Assembly: GCF_004010195.1 (NCBI RefSeq)
Contig: NC_057718.1
Span: 7,135,614-7,172,191, forward strand
Reading direction: 5' to 3'
Source of the DNA: Chiloscyllium plagiosum
Taxonomy: Eukaryota
DNA: 36,578 bases
The notes under the pieces were generated by a model. The model was not told the origin of the DNA, searched no databases, and saw only the letters and a list, made by a program, of their open reading frames with translations. This document shows, in pieces, positions 21,211 through 33,166 of the stretch. The position numbers and the translations under genes were made by a program. Each line of letters opens with the position of its first letter. Within the stretch, counting starts at the first letter, position 1.

Positions 21211-22129
21211 GGTCCCAAGATGTAAATAGGAATATTCACATTGATACACTATACCATTAAAAATGGGGTAATGTTTCAGAAGATTTAGCCAATGATTGAA
21301 AAAGACTGAAACATATCCATTTCCACACAGATTGCAGCAAGAGATTCCAAGGTTACCGGGAGTAGACAAGAATATGGTGTTCAGGTCACTATTGGTTCGG
21401 CCAAGATCTTGATAGGCCAAATGGCTTATTACTGCTCCTGATTCCCATGTTCCTGTGACACTGATCTATTGGCTGAACCTGTAGCATGCACAGACATAGG
21501 GAATCCTTATTCTGGGGGACAGCAGATCCTCAGGTTGTCTCTCTCCCTCTCTATGAATGTACACATAACACTTTGACTGTTTCAGAGTATGTTAAATTTT
21601 TGCTGATGTCCCATTAGCCACACTATATGCCTTCATCTCCCCATACAAGTGCTGAGACAAGTGAACAAGAGATATAGTTTGAAAATACATGAAAAAAACA
21701 TAACTTTCTAAACTTGGAAAGAAATATGAGCACCGTTTCTCTGTTATAGTTACATACCAAGTAGATTTAACCAATATTTGAATTACTTTCTGAAATCTGA
21801 TATTGCACTTTGAAAGAACTAAGTTGTTCACACAGAGCGGTTTCAACATAATTAGGTTGCAGGATAAAAATGCCTAGTGATCATTCCATCTCTAATGTTT
21901 TTGGGATAAGTAGGAGTTAATAAACAATATCAACCCCAAAAGCAATTCTCAATCTGAAACCAACTGTACAGAACTCTAAAAACTGTTGTAAAAGAATTTA
22001 CAAACAGATCTTGTGTGCGTTCTCTGCCCGACTGAATGACAAAGTGGAATTACTTTTAAACAGAAAAGTTCATCTTTAAAAAGCAGCAATACTTTATTGC
22101 AAACTGTACCAGTTTCAGGTGGAACTTAC

Positions 22130-22206
22130 CTGTAGGCAGTGCAGACGGTGAGGAGACTGAGGAGAAGGTGGATGGAAACTGAGAGAGTCTGGGTGAGTGC
22201 TGTCAT
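22130..22206 (-). CDS. CD109: CD109-like coding exon 1 (signal peptide)
   Basis: Kozak-like GCACCATG, then MTALTQTLSVSIHLLLSLLTVCTAY plus AG|GTAAGT. Phase 2 matches exon 2, and HLL..L.VCTA resembles the CD109 signal peptide. Confidence 0.88.
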
Positions 22207-22307
22207 GGTGCAGGTCTCAGGGTGAGATCTGTTGCTCTCAGGGTTACGATTATCAATAAATGACAACTCTGCAATATTGCAGAGGTTTTGCGGGGTAGTC
22301 CGTTGTG

Positions 22308-22495
22308 CTCTCTCTCTTTATGTCTCTAAATATCTAACTCGATAACTCAAGCTCGCTCTCTGTCTCTCTTTCTCTGGCACACCCTCTATGATACTCCCTC
22401 TCTCTCTCTCTCTCTCTCTTCCTATGGCTCAGTTCTGTTCCTCTGGCACAGCCTCTTTCTCTACCCTAATGCACTGTCTCTGACTCTCTCTCAGC
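22308..22495. repeat. CT/GA-rich tract with (CT)n microsatellite upstream of the CD109-like ATG
   Basis: (CT)11 at about 22398-22419 plus multiple CTCT runs. Confidence 0.75.
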
Positions 22496-22930
22496 TTATT
22501 CTCCAGAATGGACTACGTTATTGAGACAGGTGAAGTCTCAAGGTACTTTATCTTTTGCAGAGAACAAAAAGAAACAGCTGTTCTCACCTGCATATGAATG
22601 CAGACCCACCTCAGTAATTCATAACCCTGCTCTTGGCAATAAAAGCTGGTTTACTAACAAAGCCAACAATGTGCCAACAGAATTAAAAAAAGTGCTGCAC
22701 CACCCAAAATGGTTAATCTGAATTCGAAATACCAAAACCAGTTTACCTTCCCGAAAAGACACTAGTAAATTAAGTGAATGAAATAAGTTTTTACAACAAA
22801 TGTTCTACTTTCACTAACTGTAACTGGCTTTTACATCTTGGTTTGTTAATTAGTTGAATTCAAATTTCATAAGACATGCCACAGTGAGAGAGCCTGTGCC
22901 ATCAAGTTAGTTATTAAGGGACTGCAACAG

Positions 22931-23166
22931 CCAGAGAATGGTGGAACTGTGGAATTCATTGCCACCGAGCGCAGTGGAGGCTGGGACATTAAATGTCTTC
23001 AAGGCAGAGATTGATAAATTCTTAATCTCACAAGGAATTAAAGGCTATGGGGAGAGTTTGGGTAAGTGGCTTTGAAATGCCTATCTGCCATGATTGAATG
23101 GTGGAGTGGACTATATGGACTGAATGGCCTTACTTCCACTCCAATGTCTTATGGTCTTATGAACTT
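22931..23166 (+). mobile_element. Short CR1 3' insertion
   Basis: GTGGAATTCATTGCC...TCTTATGGTCTTATG tail. AACAG flanks both sides (22926-22930, 23167-23171). Confidence 0.8.
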
Positions 23167-23241
23167 AACAGAGAGAGTGTGTGTTACAGGTTCCAACACA
23201 AAATTTGGTTTGTTAAGTAGTTGAATTCAAATTTCATATGC

Positions 23242-23275
<34 letters not shown>

Positions 23276-25187
23276 ATGTCATCAAGTTAGTTATTAAGGG
23301 ACTGCAACAAAGAGAGGGTGGGTTACATGTTCCACTACAAAATGAATTTTAAAATGAATTTTATTCAGGGGTATGTAACTTTTCAAAATGACATGCAGGA
23401 ATAAAAGGATAGTGTAGTAGCTTGGTAAAAGATGGAATAAATATAATGCAAAGAATTGATTTGAGGATCAGAAGATATAAGATCCATATGGGTGGAGGTA
23501 AGACATAAAAATATAAAAAGGAGAAGACACTGGAAGGTGTAGTCTACAATCCCTTTGTTAGTAACCATGGGAGCTGGATGGCTGGTTTGTGATGCAGACT
23601 GATGCCAACAGTGTGGGTTCAATTCCTCCACTGGCTGAGGGCATGATTTCAGAATGAGGGGCTGCCCATTTAAGTCAGAGATGAGGAGCAATTTCTTCCC
23701 TCTGAGAGCAACGAATCTGCAGAATTCTTGACCATAGAGGGCTTTCGAAGGCTGAGTTGTTAGTAAATTCAAGACTGAGACAGAGACTTTTTTTAAATCT
23801 AAAAATAACTTTTTATCTAAAAAGTTCTGGGGAGAAGGAAGAAAGCGAGCTGAGGATTATCAGGATGTCCATGATCTAATTAAATGGTTTGATTTGATTT
23901 GATTTGTTGTATTGTCACATGTACCTAAGTACATGAAAAGCTTTGTTCTCGAGCAGTACAAAGTAAGCAAGGACGTGCAGATCATAGGGTTAAAAAGAAA
24001 TTTGGACAGAGTAAGGTATATGGGTTACACCGCACAGGACATGATCAACATTATTTAAAGTTAGCGAGTCCATTCATCAGTCAAATAACGGCCATGGAGA
24101 AGCTGTTCTTGAACTTGTTGGTGCGTGTGTTAAAGCTTCCATGTCTTCTGCTTGACAGAAAAGGATATCAGAGAGTGAGCAGGCTCAATCAGCTGAATGG
24201 CCTACTTCTGCTGCTACTGTAGTATTTGAACTTGTGTTCCTTCGAATTACCAGTCTCATTACATTGGCAGGTGCATTAGTCAAAGGGAAATAGGTCGGTG
24301 TGGACTTGTTGGGTCGAAGGGCCTGTTTCCACGCTGTTGGGAATCTAATCTAATACAATCAAAAGCCACTGGCTCCCCCGACGAGCAACGTAAAATGTCC
24401 CATTTGATTTTCTTCTGCAAGACAGTTTGCAAAATGTTCCTTCCTGTGATTTATTAGTTGAGTCAGGTCAAATAGGATGTAGAGGAGATTCTGAATAGGC
24501 CCAGCTAAGACTGATAGACCAAATGCCCTTTATCTTGTTCCCCGTCTTTGTGTCTTTAATCAACTAACTCATTTTTATGTACACATGTGAATGGTTTCAT
24601 TTTCAGTAAGAACACTAAGATAGAACAAAATACAATTTTTGTTCTCTCCTGTTTCTTCACAGGACCCCTCCTAGCATTTAGGAGAGAGTTCTCAAATTAC
24701 ACCCTTTGGGGCTGGATGAGTCAGTACTGCTCTGATGTGGTTTCAATACACAGAGGTGGCAAACAATAAGTAAGGGGTGTGAACTGTGTAACCAGGGCAT
24801 GTCCTGCCCACAACACAATACGAGTTGCTCTCTCCTTTCTTACTCATTCTGGGGACGTGGATGTTGCTGATGGGGCCAGTGTTCATTACCCAGCCCCTAA
24901 TTATGGAGAAGATGGATTCACAAGCAAACCCCACCTACTGCAGCAGAACAATGATACATCATCGATTAATTAACCAAAAGATTTTGGTTCAGAGACAAAT
25001 GTTGGCCCAGGCGTCAGAGAGAATCCATTACCTCCACTTGGAATAGTGTCCTGGGATTTTTATTTGGGATAGAGTGATCCTCCTCCAAAGGATGACACTT
25101 CTGACAGTACCGTGGTGTCAATTTAGATTAAATGTCACCTAAATGGAGTTTGAACCCATGCGCTTCCACAATTCTTTGTGAGAAGTA

Positions 25188-25815
25188 GAGTCATAGAGAT
25201 ATACTGCACAGACCCTTCAGTCCAACTCATCCACGCCAACCAGATATCCCAACCTAATCTAATCCCATTTCCCAGCATTTGGCCCATATCCTTCCAAACC
25301 CTTCCTATTCATATACCCATCCAGATGCCTTTTAAATGCTGAAATTGTACCAGCCTCCATCTTTTCTTTTGGCAGCTCACTCCATACACACACCACCCTC
25401 AGTGTGAAAAAGTTGTCCCCTAGATCCCCTCCCCCATATCTTTCTCTTCTCACCTTAAACCTAAGCCCTCTAGTTCTGGACTCCCCCACCCCAGGGAAAC
25501 GTCTTGGCCTATTTACCCTATCCATACCCCTCATGATTCTATAAACCACTATAAGGTCACCCCTCTGCCTCCGATGCTCCAGGGAAAACAGCCCCAGACT
25601 ATTCAGCCTCTCCCTATAGCTCAAACCCTCCAACCCTGGCAACATCTTTGTAAATCTTTTCTGAACCCTTTCAAGTCTCACAACATCCTTCCTATAGCAA
25701 GGAGACCAGAATTGTACACAATACTCCAAAAGTGGTCTAATTAATGTCCTGTACAGCCACAACATGCCCCACCCCCCAACCTCTGTACTCAATACAATGT
25801 AGTCATTTCTCCTTA
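25188..25815 (-). mobile_element. CR1 LINE (HER1-like) 3' fragment
   Basis: ORF 25259-25819 LYRTLIRPLLEYCVQFWSPCYRKD...RGDLI...FKRHLDGYM. Confidence 0.92.
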
Positions 25816-25944
25816 TCACTGATTTAAATCTGCTAACCCTTATCCTAAAGTATAGCCTCTCATTCTAGATTGCCCCAAGTTAGGAAGTAATCGCTCTATG
25901 TCTACTTTGTCAAACCCTTTTAATCTGAGGGATCTTCGATTAGG

Positions 25945-26995
25945 TTCAGTAAAGAGATCTTGATCAAGTGGGCCAATGGGCTAAAGGGTGGCTGATGGAG
26001 TTTAATGTGGGTAAATGCAGGATATTATGTTTTGGCAAAACAAACAAGGAAGGACTTGTACAATTAAAAATAGGGCCTTGGGTAGTGTTGTAGAACAGAG
26101 AGATCCCAAGGGGTTTGGGGACATAATTCTTTAACGTTGCATCATGTGTAGACAGGGTAGTTAAGAAGTTAACGAGCACACTTGCCTTCAATGTGGAGCC
26201 CTTTGGATACAGGAGGTAGGACTAGACATCATGTTGTGGTTGTACAGGACATTGGTGAGGCTTCTTCTTGAGTATTGTATCCAATACTGGTCATTCGGTT
26301 ATAGGAAGGATAGTATTAACCTGGAGAGGGTTCAGGAAAGATTTACCAGGATGTTGCCAGGAATGGAGGGTTTGAGTTATAAGGAGAGATGGATAGATTG
26401 GGACTTTTTTCACTGGAATGTAGAAGGTTGAGGAGTGTCCTTAAAGAAGTTTATAAAATCATAAGGGGCATAGATAAGGTGAATGGTAAGTGTCTTTTCC
26501 TAAGGGTGGGGGACTTCAAGACTAGGAAGCATATTTTTAAGGTGAGAGAGAGTTAAAAAGGACATGAGGGACAATGTTTTTAAACAGAGGGTGGTTTGCA
26601 TGTGGAATGAACTTCCTGAGGAAGAAATGGGTGCGGGTACAGTTACAACGTTTAAAAGATATTTAAATAAGCACATGAATAAGAAATTAGATTAGATTAG
26701 ATTACTTACAGTGTGGAAACAGGCCCTTCGGCCCAACAAGTCCCATCTTTGGACTGTGGGAGGAAACCGGAGCACCCGGAGGAAACCAACGCAGACACGG
26801 GGAGAACGTGCAAACTCTGCACAGTCAGTCGCCTGAGGCGGGAATTGAACCCGGGTCTCTGGCGCTGTGAGGCAGCAGTGCTAACCACTGTGCCACGGTG
26901 CCGCCCATATGTTTGGAAGGATATGGATCAAGCGCAAGTAGGTGGGACTAGTTTAGTTTGGGATTATGGTTGGCATGAATTAGTTGGACTGAAAG
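25945..26995 (+). mobile_element. CR1 LINE 3' fragment interrupted by a SINE
   Basis: ORF 26231-26431 LYRTLVRLLLEYCIQYWS. The element resumes after 26907. Confidence 0.85.
26688..26907 (-). mobile_element. HE1-type V-SINE, internally deleted
   Basis: GGGCGGCACCGTGGCACAGTGGTTAGC head and (TCTAA)n tail on the - strand, with the middle region missing. Confidence 0.88.
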
Positions 26996-27718
26996 CGTTA
27001 GATCCCCTCACATTCTTTTAAACTCATGAGATTATCAACCTAAACCGCTCAATCTCTCTTCATAAGATAAACCCCTCCCCTCTGGAATCAAACTAGTGAA
27101 TCTCCTTTGAATTGCCTCCAATACAACTATGTCCTTCCCTAGGTCAGCAGGACTTTCTTCCGTTTCCTTCCTTCTCTGTTGCTGATCTGCCACAGCATCA
27201 AGTCATCTGGACTCAGAGCGTGATGGGACTTGAACAAATCATTTTGAACATTTGGCGAAAGCTCAGTCTTGTCATTAACGTCAATGAGGAGCTCTCCTTC
27301 CCCAAGACATGCAACATGTAAAAACAAGTATTCCCCTGAGGAAAACAGCACTTCAGTATAAAAATAATGGATACTTTCCTTTGACATGCAATCCATGACC
27401 ACTTTCTCTTCTGCGCAATTATAGTTATTTGCTCGTGTTATGAGGTTATGTTCTCTTACTGCAAGGAGGCAAACACGAAAATGTTTTCACCCTTAATTTT
27501 AACAATAAACTAGGAATACAAAATTGAACATGTATTTCACCCGTACTTAACAGATTGACTCTATAGGTCTAACAATTCCTATTCTCTCTTCTTGCCTATT
27601 ATGTCTGGATCCGAAATTTTATTTTGACTTACCTAAACAATGCATTATATAGAACCTATAGAACCTATAGAAAAGGAAATTGTTCCAAGATGCTACAGAT
27701 AAAAACAAAGGGACAGTT

Positions 27719-28044
27719 GGGTGGCATGGTGGCTCAATGGTTTGTACTCCTGCCTCACAGCACCAGGGACCCAGGTTCGATTCCAGCCTTGGGTGACTGT
27801 CTGTATGGAGTTTGTATATTCTCCCCGTGTCTGTGCAGGTGTCCTCCCACAATCCAAAGATGGGCAGTTTAGGTGAATTGGCCCTGCTAAATTGCCCATA
27901 GTGTTCAGCGATGTGTAGGTTAGGTGCATTATTCAGGGGTCAATATAGAGTAGGGGAATGGGTCTGTGTGGGTTACTCTTCAGAGGGTTGGTGTGGGCTT
28001 GTTGGACCGAAGGGCCTGTTTTGACACCGTGGGATTCTATGATA
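27719..28044 (+). mobile_element. HE1-type V-SINE, full length
   Basis: GGGTGGCATGGTGGCTCAATGG...GGTTCGATTCC head and GGGATTCTATGA tail. Confidence 0.88.
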
Positions 28045-28184
28045 CATTCCTGGTGATTGTTCTAGTCTTTCAGTGATTATCTCTAGGAGTCAGAACCACT
28101 TCTGTACCTTCCCACACATGGATCGAATGATCACACTCCAGAGTGGTCTTCTGGGAATATCTCAGTGGGTTCCAAACTGTCCCT

Positions 28185-28560
28185 TTTTTTAAGCAATTTT
28201 ATTGATCATCACTGGGTCCCCATCATTAGTGGGCAGCTGTTGATCATGCAGCCTTGATCTAGTTACAATTTGATAGGTTTCTCTGTGATATTCCCGCTTA
28301 GTCTTCTGAACTCCAGTGAATATAGTCCGAATTGATCCAGTGTCTCCGCATACGTCATTCCCTCCATCCCAGGATTTAGTCTGGCAAACCTTCACTGCAC
28401 TCCCTCCATAACCAGAACATCCTTCCTCAGATAAGAAGACCAAAACTGCACACCCTATTTGAGGCATAGTCTCACCAAAGCCTTGTATATTTGGAGCAAA
28501 ATGTCATTGTTCCTTTACTCGAATCCTGTCACTATGAAGGCCAACATACCATTTGCCAAC
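28185..28560 (-). mobile_element. CR1 LINE fragment
   Basis: Degenerate LVR..L...VLFWS..L-type RT C-terminal sequence on the - strand. Confidence 0.65.
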
Positions 28561-28791
28561 TTAACAACGAAAGGGATGAACATGGCTGCCTATCCCAATG
28601 TTGAGACACTCTACTCACCTGGTTGATGGCAGCTCAAGCAGAGAACTTTTTGCTCTCTGGTCCAATGCCGCAGGAAAAGGAGGTCACCCTGGTAAAGAGC
28701 AGAGACAACAATGGAAGCTTTTGCTAAGGTAGACAGTGCATTGGGACAGACAACGCAAATGTTGAATACAATATACTCTTCAACTGAGGAG

Positions 28792-29122
28792 ACCAATGAC
28801 CTTAAGAAGACCAATGAACCTGAGGGGACAAGTGATCCTGAGGGAACCAATGATCTTGAGTAGATCAATGACCCCCAGGGAACCAATGACCCTGAGGGAA
28901 TCACTGACTTTGAGGGGACCAATGACCTTAAAGAAACCAATGACCATGAGGGGACCAATGACCCTGAAGGAACCAATAACCTTAAAGAAACCAATGATCT
29001 TGAGGGGACCAGTGACCCTGAGGGAACCAATGACCCTGAGGGGCCAATGACCCCAGGGGACCAATGACTCCAAAGGAACCAATGACCTTAAAGGAACCAA
29101 TGGCCTTAAAGGAAACCAATGA
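28792..29122. repeat. 18-bp minisatellite, about 18 copies (ACCAATGACCYTRARGGR)
   Basis: Repeated ACCAATGACCCTGAGGGA / ACCAATGACCTTAAAGAA units. Confidence 0.92.
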
Positions 29123-29387
29123 GTACCTGCCCCTTGCCCTGCCAAAGCCATAAAGGCCATGGAAATGCTGCATAAAAACAACAAAACACATATTTGACCG
29201 CATTGACAGGACAGTGGACTGCACTATGCTCAAGACAATGAGAGCATACTAAATAAAATAAAATCATAACCTTTTTCTGAAAATAACTCCTGACATTCTT
29301 CAATGTGCGACTGCAGTCTTCATCAAAAACAGGCCTTTATCAGATGTGGACAGGTTGTTTACTACTTTATGGTGCTTCCATTTGAGA

Positions 29388-29730
29388 GGTGGTGGCCTAG
29401 TGGGTATTATCACCACAATATTAATCCAAAAACATATGTCATGTTCTGGGGAGCAGCATTCAAATCCTAGCCTGACAGATGGTAGAAATTGAATTCAACA
29501 ACAATCTGGAATTAAAAATCTAATGATGATCTTAAAACTGTTGGGAAAAACCCATCTGGGTCACTAATGTCCTTTAGGGAAGGAAACTGCCATCCTTACC
29601 TGGTCTGGCCTACATGTGACTCCAGACCCACTGCAACGTGATTGAATCTTAACTGCTCCCTGGTCAATTAGGGATGGGCAATAAATGCTTGCTTAGCAAG
29701 AGATGCCCACACCCAATGAATGAATAACTA
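29388..29730 (+). mobile_element. Second-family tRNA SINE
   Basis: Homologous to 7552-7900, ending AATGAATGAATAA. Confidence 0.8.
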
Positions 29731-30404
29731 AAATTGAATGTTTCTTTTGATAGAGACTGCATAATTTGGCATCTAGGATTACATAAAGATCCAATCCTGT
29801 GGGAATAGCCCTTGCATAACTCTAGTTAACACACACCTACGGGTGGGTCGTCTATGATTTGACACATTGGGATTTTACTGCACTATATACCTGAATAGAA
29901 ATGAAAAGGGTGAAACAAGTAGATCATGGGGTGTGTGGAGGCAGTGGGATTGAATATTAACATTAAGCAATATTGGATTTGGTGCCTGCTAAGAGCCTGA
30001 AGAAGTTGTATTTATATAGTGCAGAAGAGATTATCAGGCAAAGTTTCACACCAAGGTGCTCATAGAGATATGCAAAGGACCAAAGGTCTGGTGACAGGTA
30101 GGTTTCAGTAGTGGCTGAAAGAAAGTGAAGATGTTTAAAGAGTAAATTCCACCCCCAGGTTGTGGAAGCCAAATGCCCCAGTGTTGGAGCAGGACATCAG
30201 GGAATGCGGAAGGGGCAGAATTGGGGAGGAGCAGTGTTTGAATGGAAAGGAAAAGAGTCAGGAATGACAGGACATCGGATTAAAATGATGTGCAAATGAA
30301 GCAAAGATGATGTGAGGATAAACAGGCTGATATAGCGTGTATTTAGGGTCTGGAATGCATTGCCTGGAAATGTGAAGGCAAGTTCAATGAGGGGAATTGA
30401 CCAA

Positions 30405-31190
30405 AAGACCCTAAGACATGGGAGCGGGAGCAAGGCCATTTGGCCCATCAAGTCCACTCCACCATTTGGGTGTTTCAACTCTACTTACCCGCGCTCTCCC
30501 TGTAGCCCTTAATTCCTTGCGAGATCAAGAAATTATCAAACTCTGTCCCGGCCTCCACTGCGCTCCATGGCAATGAATTCCACAGGCCCACCATTCTCTG
30601 GTTGGAGAAATGTCTCTTCATTTCTGTTCTAAATTGACCCCCTCTAATTTTAAGGCTATGCCCACAGATCCTAGTCTCCCCGCTTAATAGATACAACTTC
30701 CCAGCGTTCACCCTTTCTAAGCCATGTATTGTCTTGTAAGTTTCTATTAGATCTCCCCTCAATCTTCTAAATTCTAATAAATACAATCCCAGAATCCTCT
30801 ACTGCTCATCATATGTTAGGCCTACCATTTCAAGGATCATCTGTGTGAATCTCCGCTGGACACGCTCCAGTGCCAGTATGTCCTTCCTGAGGTGTGGGGA
30901 CCAAAATTGGACACAGTATTCTACATGGGGCCTAACTAGAGCTTTATAAAGTCTCAGAAGCACATTGCTGTTTTTATATTCCAACCCTTTTGAGATAAAT
31001 GACAACATTACATTTGCTTTCTTAATCACAGACTTAACCCGCAAATCAACCTTTAGAGAATCCTGGACTAGCACTCCCAGATCCCTTTGTATTTTGGCTT
31101 TATGAATTTTCTCACCATTTAAAAAATAGTCCATGCTTGTATTCTTTTTTCCAAAGTGCAAGACCTTGCACTTGTTCACATTGAATTGGA
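30405..31190 (-). mobile_element. CR1 LINE 3' fragment
   Basis: ORFs 30799-31239 (FNVNKCKVLHFG...LYKALVRPHVEYCVQFWSP) and 30481-30786 (RLRGDLIETYK). Confidence 0.92.
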
Positions 31191-31309
31191 TGATTTTTAT
31201 TTGGATGAAAATGGTGTGCAGGGATATGGGAAAAGGCAAAGGATTGGCACTAGATAATGGAGCCTATACTGGCAGATGGGCCAAATGGGATCTTTATGCA
31301 CCCACAATA

Positions 31310-32030
31310 GTGTCTTACAGCAAGGAAACAGGCCCTTCTGTCCAATTCACCCATGCTGACCAGATATCCCAATCTGACTTAGTCCCCTTTGCCTGCACTT
31401 GGCCCATATCCCTCTAAACCCTATTTATTGAACATAGAACATAGAACATAGAAGAATACAGCGCAGTACAGGCCCTTCGGCCCTCGATGTTGCGCCGATC
31501 CAAGCCCACCTAACCTACACTAGCCCACTAGTACACTAGCTCCATACGTGGAAAAAGATTCTCACTGTCGACCCTATCTAAACCCCTAATTATCTTGTAT
31601 ATCCAGATGCCTTTCAAATGTTGTAATTGTTCCAGCCTCCACCACCTCTTCTGGTAGCTCATTCCATCCACGCACCACCCTCTGTGTGAAAAAGATGTCC
31701 CTCAGGTCCCTTTTAAGTCTTTCCCCTCTCACCTTAAGCCTATGCCCTCTACTTCTGGACTTCCCTACCCTGGGGAAAAGACCTTGGCTAGTCACCCTAT
31801 CCATGCCCCTCATGATTTTAAAAACCTCTATAAGGTCACCCCCTCCCCCCTAGCCTCTCATGCTCCAGGGAAAAAGGCCCAGCCTATTCAGCCTCTCCCT
31901 GTAGCTCAAACCCTCCAATCTTGGCAACACCCTTGTAGATCTTTTCTGAACCCTTTCAAGTTTAACAACATCTTTTCTATAGAAGGGTGACCAGAATTTT
32001 ATGCAATGTTCCAAATGTGGCCTCACGAAT
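31310..32030 (-). mobile_element. CR1 LINE 3' fragment with a nested short CR1-tail piece (about 31430-31590)
   Basis: ORFs 31850-32134 and 31586-31813 carry CR1 RT motifs. An (AACATAG)n tail marks the nested piece. Confidence 0.85.
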
Positions 32031-32511
32031 GTCCAAAAGTCCTGTGATTCTCTGAAAAATAAGGAGTGTATAGCAGGAGCTAACTCAATATCACTCACTA
32101 TTCCCCAGTGCAGAAAGTTTAAAAGGATCCCCATTCCGTAAAAAAAAGGGGCCGTTCCAATATTGTTGAGAACAATCTTCAGTCAGGTGTCTAACTTCTT
32201 CACCGGAATCTAAAGGGGACACTGGTTTTATTTATAAACTAGGTTGTGATGGATATGAGATGGCCTCATTATATTCAGTTTCCGATCCATTTTTGTGCAT
32301 TCAAGTATGTAAACTGTTCTGAATGGGCAGCAACCGCTCGACAAAGGCTAATGTTGGTATTTGCTACAAAACATATCTCTCACGTCTCTGTCAGTGACCT
32401 ATTTACTGCTCTCAGTCAGGAAGTTCACATTTGCTTCCATCAACTGCTAAAATGGGTAAATGTGAACTTACCCACTTTACTAGGAAAAAGGGAAAAGCAG
32501 TTAATTATTTA

Positions 32512-33160
32512 AATTAGATTAGATTTTACATTAGATTAGATTTTATTACCACCTGTACCCAAGTGCTAGAGTACAGAAGTACAGTGAAAAGTATACAGTT
32601 GCCAATCTCCAGTGCCGTCTTAGCATACAATTGTTTGAATTAAAAATAAGAGCAGAAATTAAAGAAATAGAAACAAAAGGGAAAGAAAATGTCCAGATCA
32701 CCCCCTGCCGCTGCAATGAATCTTGATCCGGACTCACCAACCCCATCTGTGCTGAACCCACCAACGCTGAGAGGGTACCAGCTCCAGTCCCACACCTCGC
32801 TGTCACCTGGGCGGACACACCAATATCAAAGTCATCAAACACTCGCCGAGACCATCTTGGAACCTATCGAAGTATCAGAGCCCACAGCCCTCCTGAGCAA
32901 ATGCAAGAGCGCGAGCCTTTGAACCAGCCACTGCCTCGAGTCCTGCACTAGGCCCATGCTCCGGCGCCATCTCTCGGTACTCGGTCACGCTCGCCACCGT
33001 CACTGGTTCCACCACACAGCCGAGCTCCTGAAGAGCAAAAGGTGAGAGAGAACTGCAGAGAACAGGAGAAGGAAAAGTAAAAGAAAGAAGAAGAGAAATG
33101 GATGGATAAAAGCAGTGGATGAGCAGGGGCCCAAATGCTTGGAAACTGGGGAGAGACTGC
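32512..33160 (-). mobile_element. Unclassified retroposon fragment with (TCTAA)n tail
   Basis: ATTAG repeats followed by TTTATT...GTAC...AGTGAAAAG. A related tail lies in + orientation at about 18900-19060. Confidence 0.5.
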
Positions 33161-33166
33161 AGAATA

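Noticed and set aside
28611..29184. Repetitive ORFs, or a CRISPR-like array
   Set aside because: These are contiguous 18-bp tandem units with no unique spacers, in a vertebrate genome. The ORFs follow from the unit length being divisible by three.
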